From positions 1 through 64,000 of IMG/VR virus record IMGVR_UViG_3300021961_000063: DNA of 64,000 nt; one strand, 5' to 3'. This DNA is from a virus. Shown piece after piece: positions 50,565-59,854 of the stretch; the first letter of the stretch is position 1, and every line of letters begins with the position of its first letter. The translations under genes and the position numbers were made by a program. Below the pieces are notes generated by a model. The model did no database searches. It saw only the letters and a program-made list of their open reading frames with translations, and was not told the DNA's origin.

Positions 50565-50806
50565 CAAAAAATAGCGATGTGTGGGGAGTTTATCCTGCCA
50601 AAACCTCAGAACCATTCAAACCGGATTCAATAGTACAATCAGTTGTTAATAAATTTAACTCACGTGCTAAACAAGGTTTTGAAAAATATAATAACACTCT
50701 AGATAGAAACGATTTTACTGTATTAGAATGGATTGAGAATGCTCAAGAAGAACTAATGGATGGAATCCTTTATTTAGAGAAGTTGAAAAAAACATTAGGT
50801 GGCTAA
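50561..50806 (+). CDS. All-alpha NTP pyrophosphohydrolase-like (MazG-like) small protein
   Basis: R...G.EKY..TLDR.D...W...AQEELMDG..YL (EExxD). Confidence 0.55.
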   Translation: MTKNSDVWGVYPAKTSEPFKPDSIVQSVVNKFNSRAKQGFEKYNNTLDRNDFTVLEWIENAQEELMDGILYLEKLKKTLGG

Positions 50807-51752
50807 AAAGAAAAAAATACCAGCTATTGTAAAACAAATTAAGCAACACAACTTACGAGAAGTTAACTACGCTTACGAGAAGTCAATTTCTTATAGTCAG
50901 TTGTCTATGTTTACCGCTTGTCCCCACAAGTGGAGTTTACAATATAAAGACGGTTATTACACGTCTGAATCGTCTATTCATATGACGTTCGGAACAGCAC
51001 TGCACGAGGCATTACAACACTATATAACAACTATATACGAAGTAAGTGCTGCAGCTGCTGACCGAATTGATTTAGAGGCTTATTTTGAGGAACGTTTTAG
51101 AGAAACATACCTTAAAGATTATAAATCAAATAAAAATGTTCACTTTTCTAACTCTGTTGAAATGAGAGAGTTTTTTGAAGATGGACTAGCTATTATAAAC
51201 TTTGTTAAAAAGAATAGAGGCGGTTATTTTGGTAAACGAGGCTGGCATTTAATAGGCTGTGAAGTACCTATTTTACTCAACCCACACCCAGGATTTAAAA
51301 ACGTATTGTATAAAGGTTATCTGGATGTAGTTTTGTATAATGAATCAACCAACAAATTTAAAATTATGGATATTAAAACATCTACTAAAGGTTGGGATGA
51401 TTACGCTAAAAAAGATGAAATTAAACAGATGCAATTAATTTTATATAAGAAATTTTTTGCTCAACAATTTGGTGTTTCCGAAGACAATATTGATATAGAA
51501 TATTTTATTGTTAAAAGAAAAGTATGGGAAGAATCCCCTTATCCAATCTCTAGGATTCAAGAATTCAAACCAGCAAGTGGTAAAGTAAAACTTAATAAAG
51601 CAACAAACACAATTACTTCATTTATTGAAAGTGTGTTTAATCAAGATGGTTCCTACAAAGATAAAAAATACGAACCAAAACCTGATAAATTTACTTGCAG
51701 ATTTTGCCCTTTTAAAGATAATAAAGAACTTTGTCAGTTTAGTGTATCTTAA
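50799..51752 (+). CDS. PD-(D/E)XK nuclease (Cas4/AddB-like)
   Basis: SYSQ...CP, FGTALH, GYLD, DIKTS, QLILY, CRFCPFK...C. Confidence 0.88.
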   Translation: MAKKKKIPAIVKQIKQHNLREVNYAYEKSISYSQLSMFTACPHKWSLQYKDGYYTSESSIHMTFGTALHEALQHYITTIYEVSAAAADRIDLEAYFEERFRETYLKDYKSNKNVHFSNSVEMREFFEDGLAIINFVKKNRGGYFGKRGWHLIGCEVPILLNPHPGFKNVLYKGYLDVVLYNESTNKFKIMDIKTSTKGWDDYAKKDEIKQMQLILYKKFFAQQFGVSEDNIDIEYFIVKRKVWEESPYPISRIQEFKPASGKVKLNKATNTITSFIESVFNQDGSYKDKKYEPKPDKFTCRFCPFKDNKELCQFSVS

Positions 51753-51793
51753 AGAATCCACATATATTTATATACGACAAATAAATAAAGATT

Positions 51794-51988
51794 ATGACAA
51801 ATAAAAAGGATATGACATTAACCTCTGTAAAAGTACAGAGTGAGTTGTTCGAGAATTTCAAGATTGCTTGTGTTAAGTACAAATTTTCTTTACAAAAACT
51901 TGCTGACCGCACTATTCATTTGTATCTTACTGATGAAGATTTTCGTAAAAAAGTACACTCACACAACAACTTAGAAATTAAAGACTAA
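51794..51988 (+). CDS. Putative ribbon-helix-helix DNA-binding protein
   Basis: LTSVKV beta strand followed by two helices; 64 aa. Confidence 0.55.
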   Translation: MTNKKDMTLTSVKVQSELFENFKIACVKYKFSLQKLADRTIHLYLTDEDFRKKVHSHNNLEIKD

Positions 51989-51996
51989 AAAGAATT

Positions 51997-53433
51997 ATGA
52001 ATTCAAGTTTTGCCTATCTTCCTCCTGATAAGAGGAAAAAGATATTGCTTATTACAGATGACATTAGAGTACATTCAGGTGTAGCTAATGTAGGTAAAGA
52101 AATTGTATTACACACATCACAACATTTTAATTGGGTTTGTGTTGGTGGTTCAATCCAACACCCTGATAAAGGAAAACGTTTTGATTTGTCTTCATCAACA
52201 AATGAAGTAACAGGATTAACAGATACTTCTACTATTTTATACCCTGTTGATGGGTATGGAACACCCGAATTGATTCGTTTTTTAATGATAACTGAAAAAC
52301 CAGATGCTATCTTGTTAATTACTGATCCAAGATACTTTACATGGTTATTTCAAATGGAAAATGAGATTCGTAAAGAAATCCCAATTGCCTATTTGAATAT
52401 TTGGGATGATTATCCCGCTCCAATGTATAATAAAGCCTATTATGAGGCTTGTGATTTGTTAATGGGTATTTCAAAACAAACAGTAAATATTAATAAACTT
52501 GTTTTAGGTGATAAAACAGAAGGTAGAATTTTTAAATATGTTCCTCACGGATTAAATCATGAAATATTTAAACCTTTAGATAAATCAGATCCTCAATTGT
52601 TAGAATTTAAAAAACAATTATTTAAAGGTAAAGAATATGATTTTGCTTTATTATTTAATTCTAGAAATATTAGACGTAAACAAATTCCTGATACTATTTT
52701 AGCATATAAATATTTTATTGACCAGTTACCTATTGAAGAAGCTAAAAAATGTATTTTTGTATTACACACAGACCGAGTATTTGATCATGGAACTGATTTA
52801 AATGCTGTAATAGAATTGTTGTGTAATGATGAAAAATATAATATTATATTCACAGATCAAAAGTTTTCACATGATCAAATGAATTTGCTTTATAACAGCA
52901 CTGATTGCCAGATTTTATTAACATCAAATGAAGGTTGGGGATTGAGTTTAACTGAAGCTATTTTAGCAGGTAATCCTATTATTGCTAATACAACTGGTGG
53001 TATGCAAGATCAAATGAGATTTGAAGATGAAAATGGTAATTGGTTTACTCCTAGTGCTCAAGTTCCCTCTAACCATAGAGGAACCTATAAAAAACATGGT
53101 GGTTGGGCATTCCCCGTATTTCCGTCTGTAAGAACTCTTGTTGGTTCACCTCCAACACCTTATATTTGGGATGATATCTGTAGTGCTGAAGATGCTTCTA
53201 AACGTATTATGGAAGTTTATAACTTAGACCCTACAGAACGTAAAGCTAGAGGCTTAATGGGTAGAGAATGGGCAATTGGTGAAGAAGCCGGATTTACAGG
53301 AGAAATACAAGGTAAACGAGTTATTGAAGCCTTTGATGAATTGTTCTCGACTTGGGAACCTAGAGAATATTTTGAATTCATTAACACTAATGAAGTCCCC
53401 GATAGAGTTTTAACCCACGAATTGATATATTAA
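51997..53433 (+). CDS. GT4 glycosyltransferase
   Basis: SGVA, VPHG, RNIRRK, EGWGLSLTEA, TGGMQDQ. Confidence 0.88.
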   Translation: MNSSFAYLPPDKRKKILLITDDIRVHSGVANVGKEIVLHTSQHFNWVCVGGSIQHPDKGKRFDLSSSTNEVTGLTDTSTILYPVDGYGTPELIRFLMITEKPDAILLITDPRYFTWLFQMENEIRKEIPIAYLNIWDDYPAPMYNKAYYEACDLLMGISKQTVNINKLVLGDKTEGRIFKYVPHGLNHEIFKPLDKSDPQLLEFKKQLFKGKEYDFALLFNSRNIRRKQIPDTILAYKYFIDQLPIEEAKKCIFVLHTDRVFDHGTDLNAVIELLCNDEKYNIIFTDQKFSHDQMNLLYNSTDCQILLTSNEGWGLSLTEAILAGNPIIANTTGGMQDQMRFEDENGNWFTPSAQVPSNHRGTYKKHGGWAFPVFPSVRTLVGSPPTPYIWDDICSAEDASKRIMEVYNLDPTERKARGLMGREWAIGEEAGFTGEIQGKRVIEAFDELFSTWEPREYFEFINTNEVPDRVLTHELIY

Positions 53434-54725
53434 TGAAAAATACAGTTGTAATTAGCTCACCCTTTGATACCTATTCAGGATACGGAGCTCGAGCTCGAGA
53501 CGTAATTAAAGCTATTTTAGCTACAGACAAATATGATGTTAAACTTTTAGCTCAACGTTGGGGCAATACACCTTTTGGATTTTGTAATGATAACCCAGAA
53601 TGGGCACACTTATTAAAATTAGTAGTTCCTAACTTACAACAAAAACCAGACATTTGGATTCAAATTACTATTCCAAGTGAATTCCAACCAGTAGGAAAAT
53701 ACAATATTGGAATTACAGCTGGAATAGAAACTACAGTATCCCCGGGCGATTGGATTGAAGGAATTAATAGAATTGATTTAACTTTAGTTTCATCTAATCA
53801 TTCTAAACAAATTTTCCAAAACACTCAGTTTGATAAAAAAGATAAAAATACAAATCAAACAGTAGGTATTACTAAAGTAGAAAAACCAATTGAAGTATTA
53901 TTTGAAGGAGCTAATTTAGATATTTATAAAGCTTTAGATAAAATTCCACCAAGTGATTTAAATGATGCTTTAAAAGAAATTCCTGAATCCTTTGCTTATT
54001 TGTTTGTAGGACATTGGATTAATGGAGATTTGGGTGAAGATAGAAAAAATGTAGGTTTATTAATTAAATCGTTTTTCGAAACCTTTAAGAATAAAACCAA
54101 CAAACCAGCATTGATTTTGAAAACATCTCAAGTAGGTTCTTCCTATATGGACCGAGAGGAAATTTTAAAGAAAATTAAACAAATTCGTAAAACAGTAAAC
54201 TCAACTAATTTACCTAATGTTTATTTACTTCACGGTGAATTTACAGATGAGGAAATGAATGACATTTATAATCACTCCAAAGTAAAAGCTATGATTAGTT
54301 TAACTAGAGGTGAAGGTTTTGGTCGTCCCTTACTTGAATTCAGCCTAACCAAAAAACCAATTATTGCTTCCGGATGGTCAGGTCATATTGATTTCCTTAA
54401 ACCAGAATTTTCTAGTTTATTAAATGGTAAATTAACCCAAGTTCATCCTAGCGCTGCTAACCAATGGTTATTAGCTGAATCACACTGGTTTGCTCCTGAT
54501 TTATTCCAAATAGGTCATTATTTAAAAGATGTATTTGAAAATTATAAAAACTATATTGATGGAGCAAAACGCCAAGCTTACTATAGTAAAACTAACTTTA
54601 GTTGGGATGGTATGAAAGATTTGTTAGAAAAAATTATGAATGAAAATATTCCTGAATTTCCTAAACAAGAGAAGCTAAATATTCCTTTATCTTTACCTAA
54701 ATTAGAAACAGTAAATGAAAATTAG
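53433..54725 (+). CDS. GT4 glycosyltransferase
   Basis: SGYG, DRKN, RGEGFGRPLLE, WSGHIDF. Confidence 0.88.
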   Translation: MKNTVVISSPFDTYSGYGARARDVIKAILATDKYDVKLLAQRWGNTPFGFCNDNPEWAHLLKLVVPNLQQKPDIWIQITIPSEFQPVGKYNIGITAGIETTVSPGDWIEGINRIDLTLVSSNHSKQIFQNTQFDKKDKNTNQTVGITKVEKPIEVLFEGANLDIYKALDKIPPSDLNDALKEIPESFAYLFVGHWINGDLGEDRKNVGLLIKSFFETFKNKTNKPALILKTSQVGSSYMDREEILKKIKQIRKTVNSTNLPNVYLLHGEFTDEEMNDIYNHSKVKAMISLTRGEGFGRPLLEFSLTKKPIIASGWSGHIDFLKPEFSSLLNGKLTQVHPSAANQWLLAESHWFAPDLFQIGHYLKDVFENYKNYIDGAKRQAYYSKTNFSWDGMKDLLEKIMNENIPEFPKQEKLNIPLSLPKLETVNEN

Positions 54726-55356
54726 TTATGCGATATTAACCCACAATGAAGGGGAATACATTAACAAATTACTCAATCTATTAGTTAATACTAAACGACC
54801 AGAGGATGAAATTGTAATTGTTGACGATCACTCAACCGATGAACTTACTAAACAATATTTAAACGAATATAAACCACATATTAAACTATACTACAGAGAA
54901 TTTGATGGTGACCATACCCAGAAAAATTATTTAAATAGTTTATGTACGGGTGATTATATTCTTCAATTGGATGCTGATGAATTAGTTTATCCTGAATTCA
55001 TTAATATTTTACCCTCTTTATTAGAAAATAACTCTCAGGTAGATTTATTTATTATGCCTCGTATTAATACAGTAGAAGGATTAACTCCTGAATACATCCA
55101 AAAATGGAGATGGAATGTAAATGAAAAAGGATGGGTTAATTTCCCTGATTGGCAAATGCGTCTTTATAGAAATTGTGATTGGGTAAAATGGGAAGGTTTA
55201 CTTCATAGTAAAATCGAAGGACATAAAACTTATGTTTTTTTACCTACTGAAGAAATATATTGTCTTCTCCACCCTAAAGAAATAGAAAGACAAGTCGCTC
55301 AAAACGATTTATATAATAAAATTGAATTAAACGGAAAAACTAAATACAAAGTATAA
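54715..55356 (+). CDS. GT2 glycosyltransferase
   Basis: ISYAILTHNE, VDDHSTD, GDYILQLDADE, PDWQMRL. Confidence 0.88.
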   Translation: MKISYAILTHNEGEYINKLLNLLVNTKRPEDEIVIVDDHSTDELTKQYLNEYKPHIKLYYREFDGDHTQKNYLNSLCTGDYILQLDADELVYPEFINILPSLLENNSQVDLFIMPRINTVEGLTPEYIQKWRWNVNEKGWVNFPDWQMRLYRNCDWVKWEGLLHSKIEGHKTYVFLPTEEIYCLLHPKEIERQVAQNDLYNKIELNGKTKYKV

Positions 55357-55937
55357 TGGAAAACAATCAAATACCTAAATTTATTTACATTCATATACCT
55401 AAAACCGGAGGTAGTTCGGTAAAAGAAATATTTAATCAAACGGATTATATCAAAACTATAGGTCATGTTCATGGACTCCAACAAAAACTTCCAATTCCCA
55501 CATTTACATTAGTTAGAAACCCATATTACCGAACATTATCTGCTTATAATTATCTTTGTACGGGCGGTGATGGGAATGAAGCTGATTTAAGAGATCAAAA
55601 AAGATTTTTTGAAGGATTTGAACCTACTATAGAACACTTTCATGTTTTTGTAAAAGAAAAACTAAAAGATATTATATGGCAACAAGTCCATTTTTTACCC
55701 TTAACTTATTTCTGTGTGTTTGAAAGTAACTTACTAATCGATTTTGCTATGAAGTTAGAAGAATTAGATTCTAGCTGGAAGGGATTATGTGATTACTTAG
55801 GGATTGATACTCCTTTAATTAAAACAAATGAAGGTCCTAAAATAACAAACAAAGAAGAATGGTTAACACCTGAAATTAAAGAAATTATATATGAAATTTA
55901 CCAACCGGATTTCATTAATTTCCAATATGAAAAATAA
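55356..55937 (+). CDS. Sulfotransferase family 2 protein
   Basis: FIYIHIPKTGGSS, VRNPY.R.LSAY, HFLP, Y..DF..F.Y. Confidence 0.88.
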   Translation: MENNQIPKFIYIHIPKTGGSSVKEIFNQTDYIKTIGHVHGLQQKLPIPTFTLVRNPYYRTLSAYNYLCTGGDGNEADLRDQKRFFEGFEPTIEHFHVFVKEKLKDIIWQQVHFLPLTYFCVFESNLLIDFAMKLEELDSSWKGLCDYLGIDTPLIKTNEGPKITNKEEWLTPEIKEIIYEIYQPDFINFQYEK

Positions 55938-55983
55938 ATTTAAACTTGGATACTAAAAAACAAAATATTATATTTAATAAATT

Positions 55984-56439
55984 ATGGATAATTTAACAAT
56001 ATGTGATCGCTGTGGCTCCGATGCTTGCTATGTAGACGAAGTCAATATGGATATTAAAACCTATTTCTGTTATGGATGTGGTTTTCAATCTAATTCTTTA
56101 ATGAAGGAAGGTGAAGAGTTTTATGATCAACAATCATCTGTTTTACCTGAACTGTATAAGGATTTATTTCACAAAGATGAATCAGGTAAAACTTGGATGC
56201 CTTCAGCAGTAAATATTCCTGAAAAAGGAATGGTATTTGCTAATGGTTCTGGAATAAATGATTGGCATTGGTCAGCAATAAAATCTACTCCTATTAAAGA
56301 GGAAGACCAACACAAATACAAAAACGCTAAAAACCCTAAACAAACCTATAAATTCAAAATGGATATGGAAACTATGAAAAATTTTCCTGAAAGAGAATTT
56401 ATGGACGCCTTAAGTTACATTGGAGCATTACCCGAATAA
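55984..56439 (+). CDS. Zinc-ribbon hypothetical protein
   Basis: CDRCGSDAC...CYGCG. Confidence 0.6.
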   Translation: MDNLTICDRCGSDACYVDEVNMDIKTYFCYGCGFQSNSLMKEGEEFYDQQSSVLPELYKDLFHKDESGKTWMPSAVNIPEKGMVFANGSGINDWHWSAIKSTPIKEEDQHKYKNAKNPKQTYKFKMDMETMKNFPEREFMDALSYIGALPE

Positions 56440-56441
56440 TT

Positions 56442-56891
56442 ATGATATATTGGTTTACAGGCCAGCCAGGTCACGGAAAAACAGTTTTGTGTAATCACTT
56501 AAAAGATTACTTAGAATCTAACTACACAAAACAAATTATCCACATTGATGGAGATGACATTAGAGAAGTATTTCAAAACAAAGATTACTCAAAAGAAGGT
56601 AGAATTAAAAATATTACCTTTGCTCAAAATTTAGCTCACTTTTGTAACCATAAAGGTTTTGATGTTGTAGTTAGTGTTGTAGCTCCTTATAAAGAAGTTA
56701 GAGATTCATTTAAGGAAAGAATGGGTAGTGAAATGGTAGAAGTTTATGTTCACACTACTGAAATTAGAGGTAGAGAACAATTTCACGTAGCTGAATACGA
56801 AGCACCTACCGAAAACTTTATAGATATCGATACAACAGAAGAATCACCTGAGGGTAGTTTGGTAGAATTAGTTAACCAAATAGGAATATGA
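56442..56891 (+). CDS. cysC: Adenylylsulfate kinase
   Basis: WFTGQPGHGKT, IDGDDIR, YSKEGR..NI, VAPY...R, YEAP. Confidence 0.87.
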   Translation: MIYWFTGQPGHGKTVLCNHLKDYLESNYTKQIIHIDGDDIREVFQNKDYSKEGRIKNITFAQNLAHFCNHKGFDVVVSVVAPYKEVRDSFKERMGSEMVEVYVHTTEIRGREQFHVAEYEAPTENFIDIDTTEESPEGSLVELVNQIGI

Positions 56892-57241
56892 AAAAGAATA
56901 CCTATTTTTTTGACATTGATGGAACTATTTTCAAATATAGACAATTTGATTTAATCCCTAAAACCAAACCAGAGGTAATTAAAAGTACTAGAAAACAACT
57001 AAAAGAGTGGTACAACGAAGGACACCACATTATTATATGTACTGCTCGTCCCTATGATTTAAAAATACATACCCTAGTTGAGTTGCAAGACAATGATATA
57101 CCCTATCACCAGATAATTATGGGTTTAGAACGAGGACCAAGATATATTGTTAATGATATGGACCCCACTAAGGAAGGTAAACGAGCAATTGGAATTAATT
57201 TAATTAGAGATAAAGGATTTACAGATTATGAATTGGACTAA
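56888..57241 (+). CDS. HAD-family phosphatase
   Basis: FFDIDGTI, CTAR, MGLERGPRYIVND. Confidence 0.8.
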   Translation: MKKNTYFFDIDGTIFKYRQFDLIPKTKPEVIKSTRKQLKEWYNEGHHIIICTARPYDLKIHTLVELQDNDIPYHQIIMGLERGPRYIVNDMDPTKEGKRAIGINLIRDKGFTDYELD

Positions 57242-57620
57242 AAAAATACACGTACCTTCTTCACTACAACGTAAAGAAGGACAACACGCAATGTTTATTG
57301 GACGTTGGCAACCACTACATGATGGACACAAAGGATTGTTTCAACAAGCAATGGATGAGGGCAAACATGTTTTGATTTGCATTAGAGATATCGCTCCTGA
57401 TGAGAAAAACCCATTTACAGCACAACAAGTACTAGAAAACATTACCTCAGTCTATGAAAATGAACCCCGAGTTAAAGTAATAGTTATTCCCGATATTTGT
57501 TCTGTTGAATTTGGTAGAGGTGTCGGTTATGATATTATTGAACACATCCCACCAACAGAAATTGGAGAAATATCAGCAACAAAAATACGTGAGCAAATGA
57601 GGGCCGATGGTAAGTTATAA
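57228..57620 (+). CDS. HIGH-superfamily nucleotidyltransferase (cytidylyltransferase-like; candidate mini ATP sulfurylase)
   Basis: GRWQPLHDGH, NPF, GRGVGY, ISATKIR. Confidence 0.75.
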   Translation: MNWTKKIHVPSSLQRKEGQHAMFIGRWQPLHDGHKGLFQQAMDEGKHVLICIRDIAPDEKNPFTAQQVLENITSVYENEPRVKVIVIPDICSVEFGRGVGYDIIEHIPPTEIGEISATKIREQMRADGKL

Positions 57621-57816
57621 GCGACATATAGCAAAAACTATTACTTGGAGAATACTAGGAACTATTGATACTATTCTTTTAGGTTGGTTTATTACTGGTA
57701 GTTGGGCTATCGGTTTATCTATTGGGGGAGTTGAAATGATTACTAAAATGGTTTTATATTTCCTACATGAACGTGTTTGGTATAAATGGATTAAATTTGG
57801 TTTAAATAAAGATTAA
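57607..57816 (+). CDS. DUF2061-like small membrane protein
   Basis: RHIAKTITWRILGT...TKMVLYFLHERVW. Confidence 0.8.
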   Translation: MVSYKRHIAKTITWRILGTIDTILLGWFITGSWAIGLSIGGVEMITKMVLYFLHERVWYKWIKFGLNKD

Positions 57817-57975
57817 TATGGTATTCGGATTTTATAGTAGAAATGATAAGATGGAAGAACTAGTTGGTAGAACAGTTACTACTTCCCGACTTAAAGCAGC
57901 TAAATATTTTGCTGAACGTAAACAATTACCCCTAAAAGAATTTTTGAAAATTTTTGGTGTAAAAACAATTATATA

Positions 57976-58383
57976 ATGAATATGACAGGTCTTTTTAAAG
58001 GTTTCGGAAAAAATTTAAATCTAAAACTAAGAGGTGAGGATAAATCTTTTGGAAATAATAAAAAAACATTTATTAAACTTATAGACACCTTTGACCAATT
58101 AGTTCAACGTACTTATTCTATTGAAGAAGATACCGGTCTTATAATGGAACGTTATGAAGAACCTTTCTATATTTTAATTGAAAGTCTATTTTATTTAAAC
58201 TATGAGGATTGGAAAGCGGAACTTATTATGTGGTATGTTTATGAGCGTTGGGATGAAGATGGAGAAATATTACCCCTTAGTATCACAGATTTAGATACTG
58301 AAGTAGAAGAAGAAATCCTAATCAAAGATCCAGGTGAACTATATGACCTATTTAAACGTATAGAAAAAAAATCAAAAAAATAA
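57976..58383 (+). CDS. Hypothetical protein
   Basis: 135 aa. Confidence 0.6.
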   Translation: MNMTGLFKGFGKNLNLKLRGEDKSFGNNKKTFIKLIDTFDQLVQRTYSIEEDTGLIMERYEEPFYILIESLFYLNYEDWKAELIMWYVYERWDEDGEILPLSITDLDTEVEEEILIKDPGELYDLFKRIEKKSKK

Positions 58384-58387
58384 AGTT

Positions 58388-58690
58388 ATGAATTGTACAA
58401 AATGTGGTGAAGTAATTCCTGAGGGTAGACTTAAAGCACTTCCAGGAGCTAAAACATGCGTTGCTTGCTCAAATGCTAAAATGAAAGGTGTAGTAACAAT
58501 CATGAAGGGTGAGGGAGACCACACTTGGATTGAAACTATCCATTTAGAGCATGATGAATATAAAGCATATGTTGAAGCGGAAAATAAATTACGTAAAGCA
58601 GGTAATAAATTATTTGACTCTACGGACGAATCACCAGAAATTCCTTATGGTTTTAGTGAAACTAAAATAGATAAAACACCTAATGCCTAA
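58388..58690 (+). CDS. TraR/DksA C4-type zinc finger protein
   Basis: CTKCGEVIPEGRLKALPGAKTCVAC. Confidence 0.85.
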   Translation: MNCTKCGEVIPEGRLKALPGAKTCVACSNAKMKGVVTIMKGEGDHTWIETIHLEHDEYKAYVEAENKLRKAGNKLFDSTDESPEIPYGFSETKIDKTPNA

Positions 58691-59324
58691 AGCACGTCCA
58701 CTTTCAAAGGAAGAGATTGTAGCAGCAATGTCAAAAACCAAATCAGTACGTAGTGCTGCTAGGTATTTGAATTGCTCATATCAACACCTTAAAAAGTGGA
58801 TGAAATTGTATGATGGCGCTAATGGTCAGAGTTTATTTGAGGAACATAAAAACCAATCAGGTAAAGGTATTCCTAAATTTTTAAGCAATGCTCCGTTTGG
58901 TAGAAAAGAACCAGCAATTTTAGATATTATAAATGGCGTAACGGATCCCTCTAATTTTAATCCTCAAAAAATTAAATATAGATTAATCGAAGGTGGTTAT
59001 TTAAAAGAAGAATGTAATAATTGTGGTTTTCATGAACGTAGAGTATTAGATTATAAAATGCCCTTAATACTCCATTTTAAAAACGGAAATAAACAAAGTT
59101 ACAGATTAGATAATTTAGAAATGCTCTGCTACAACTGCTATTTCCTTTCAGTTGGAGATTTATTTACTGGCAAACAAGTTGAACAAATGGAAGACCATAC
59201 CCCAAGTAAAGAAAAAGAACCAGATTGGGAAGTAGATGATTACACACAACAACGACTAAAAGAATTGGGATTATATGATTCTAAACCAGATGATGATCCT
59301 TATGATTTGGTATCTAGACTCTAA
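58683..59324 (+). CDS. HTH plus degenerate HNH-like protein
   Basis: SVRSAARYLNCSYQHLKKW (HTH); C..CG...LHFKNGN....LDNLEMLCYNCY. Confidence 0.68.
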   Translation: MPKARPLSKEEIVAAMSKTKSVRSAARYLNCSYQHLKKWMKLYDGANGQSLFEEHKNQSGKGIPKFLSNAPFGRKEPAILDIINGVTDPSNFNPQKIKYRLIEGGYLKEECNNCGFHERRVLDYKMPLILHFKNGNKQSYRLDNLEMLCYNCYFLSVGDLFTGKQVEQMEDHTPSKEKEPDWEVDDYTQQRLKELGLYDSKPDDDPYDLVSRL

Positions 59325-59493
59325 ATATTTATAATTGTGAAAAAGAAAAAGCACGATAAGTTGGTTAAAGATTACGATAAACAAAAAGAAAAACATCTTG
59401 AAAAACTAGCAACTAAAAAACTAAAAGATCAAGATAAAACCGACCACTTACGTACAAAATATATTGACACGGACTTTTTAAACTTATTTTAAC

Positions 59494-59802
59494 ATGGCAG
59501 GCGAAATTACAGTCAACAACACCGAGGAATTTCAGGAAATGGTTGACAGAAAAGATTTTAGAATAGCAAAAGCAATTGTTGAGTCTATTCTAGACAATAT
59601 AGAAACTAAAAAACGTAATATTCACATATTATCTGTGGCCTGCGTAGAAGATAATGCTATCTATGATTTAACTTTAGATAGAAAATTCTTCGCTGATACC
59701 TTAGAGGAAAATTTGAGATATTTTATTGAGCAAGAAAAATACGAAGAATGTCAACGTATTGTAGAAGCTATCGATAAACTAAAAAAGAAAAAATCTTCTT
59801 AA
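59494..59802 (+). CDS. Hypothetical protein with a UvrB/UvrC-like C-terminal motif
   Basis: IEQEKYEECQRI. Confidence 0.55.
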   Translation: MAGEITVNNTEEFQEMVDRKDFRIAKAIVESILDNIETKKRNIHILSVACVEDNAIYDLTLDRKFFADTLEENLRYFIEQEKYEECQRIVEAIDKLKKKKSS

Positions 59803-59854
59803 TTTAACTTGATTCTTTAAAAGTCAAATATTATATTGACAACAAAAATAAGTT

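Noticed and set aside
50799-51752. Cas4-like nuclease as evidence of a CRISPR system
   Set aside because: No repeat-spacer array or other cas genes seen; solo PD-(D/E)XK nucleases are common in phage replication regions
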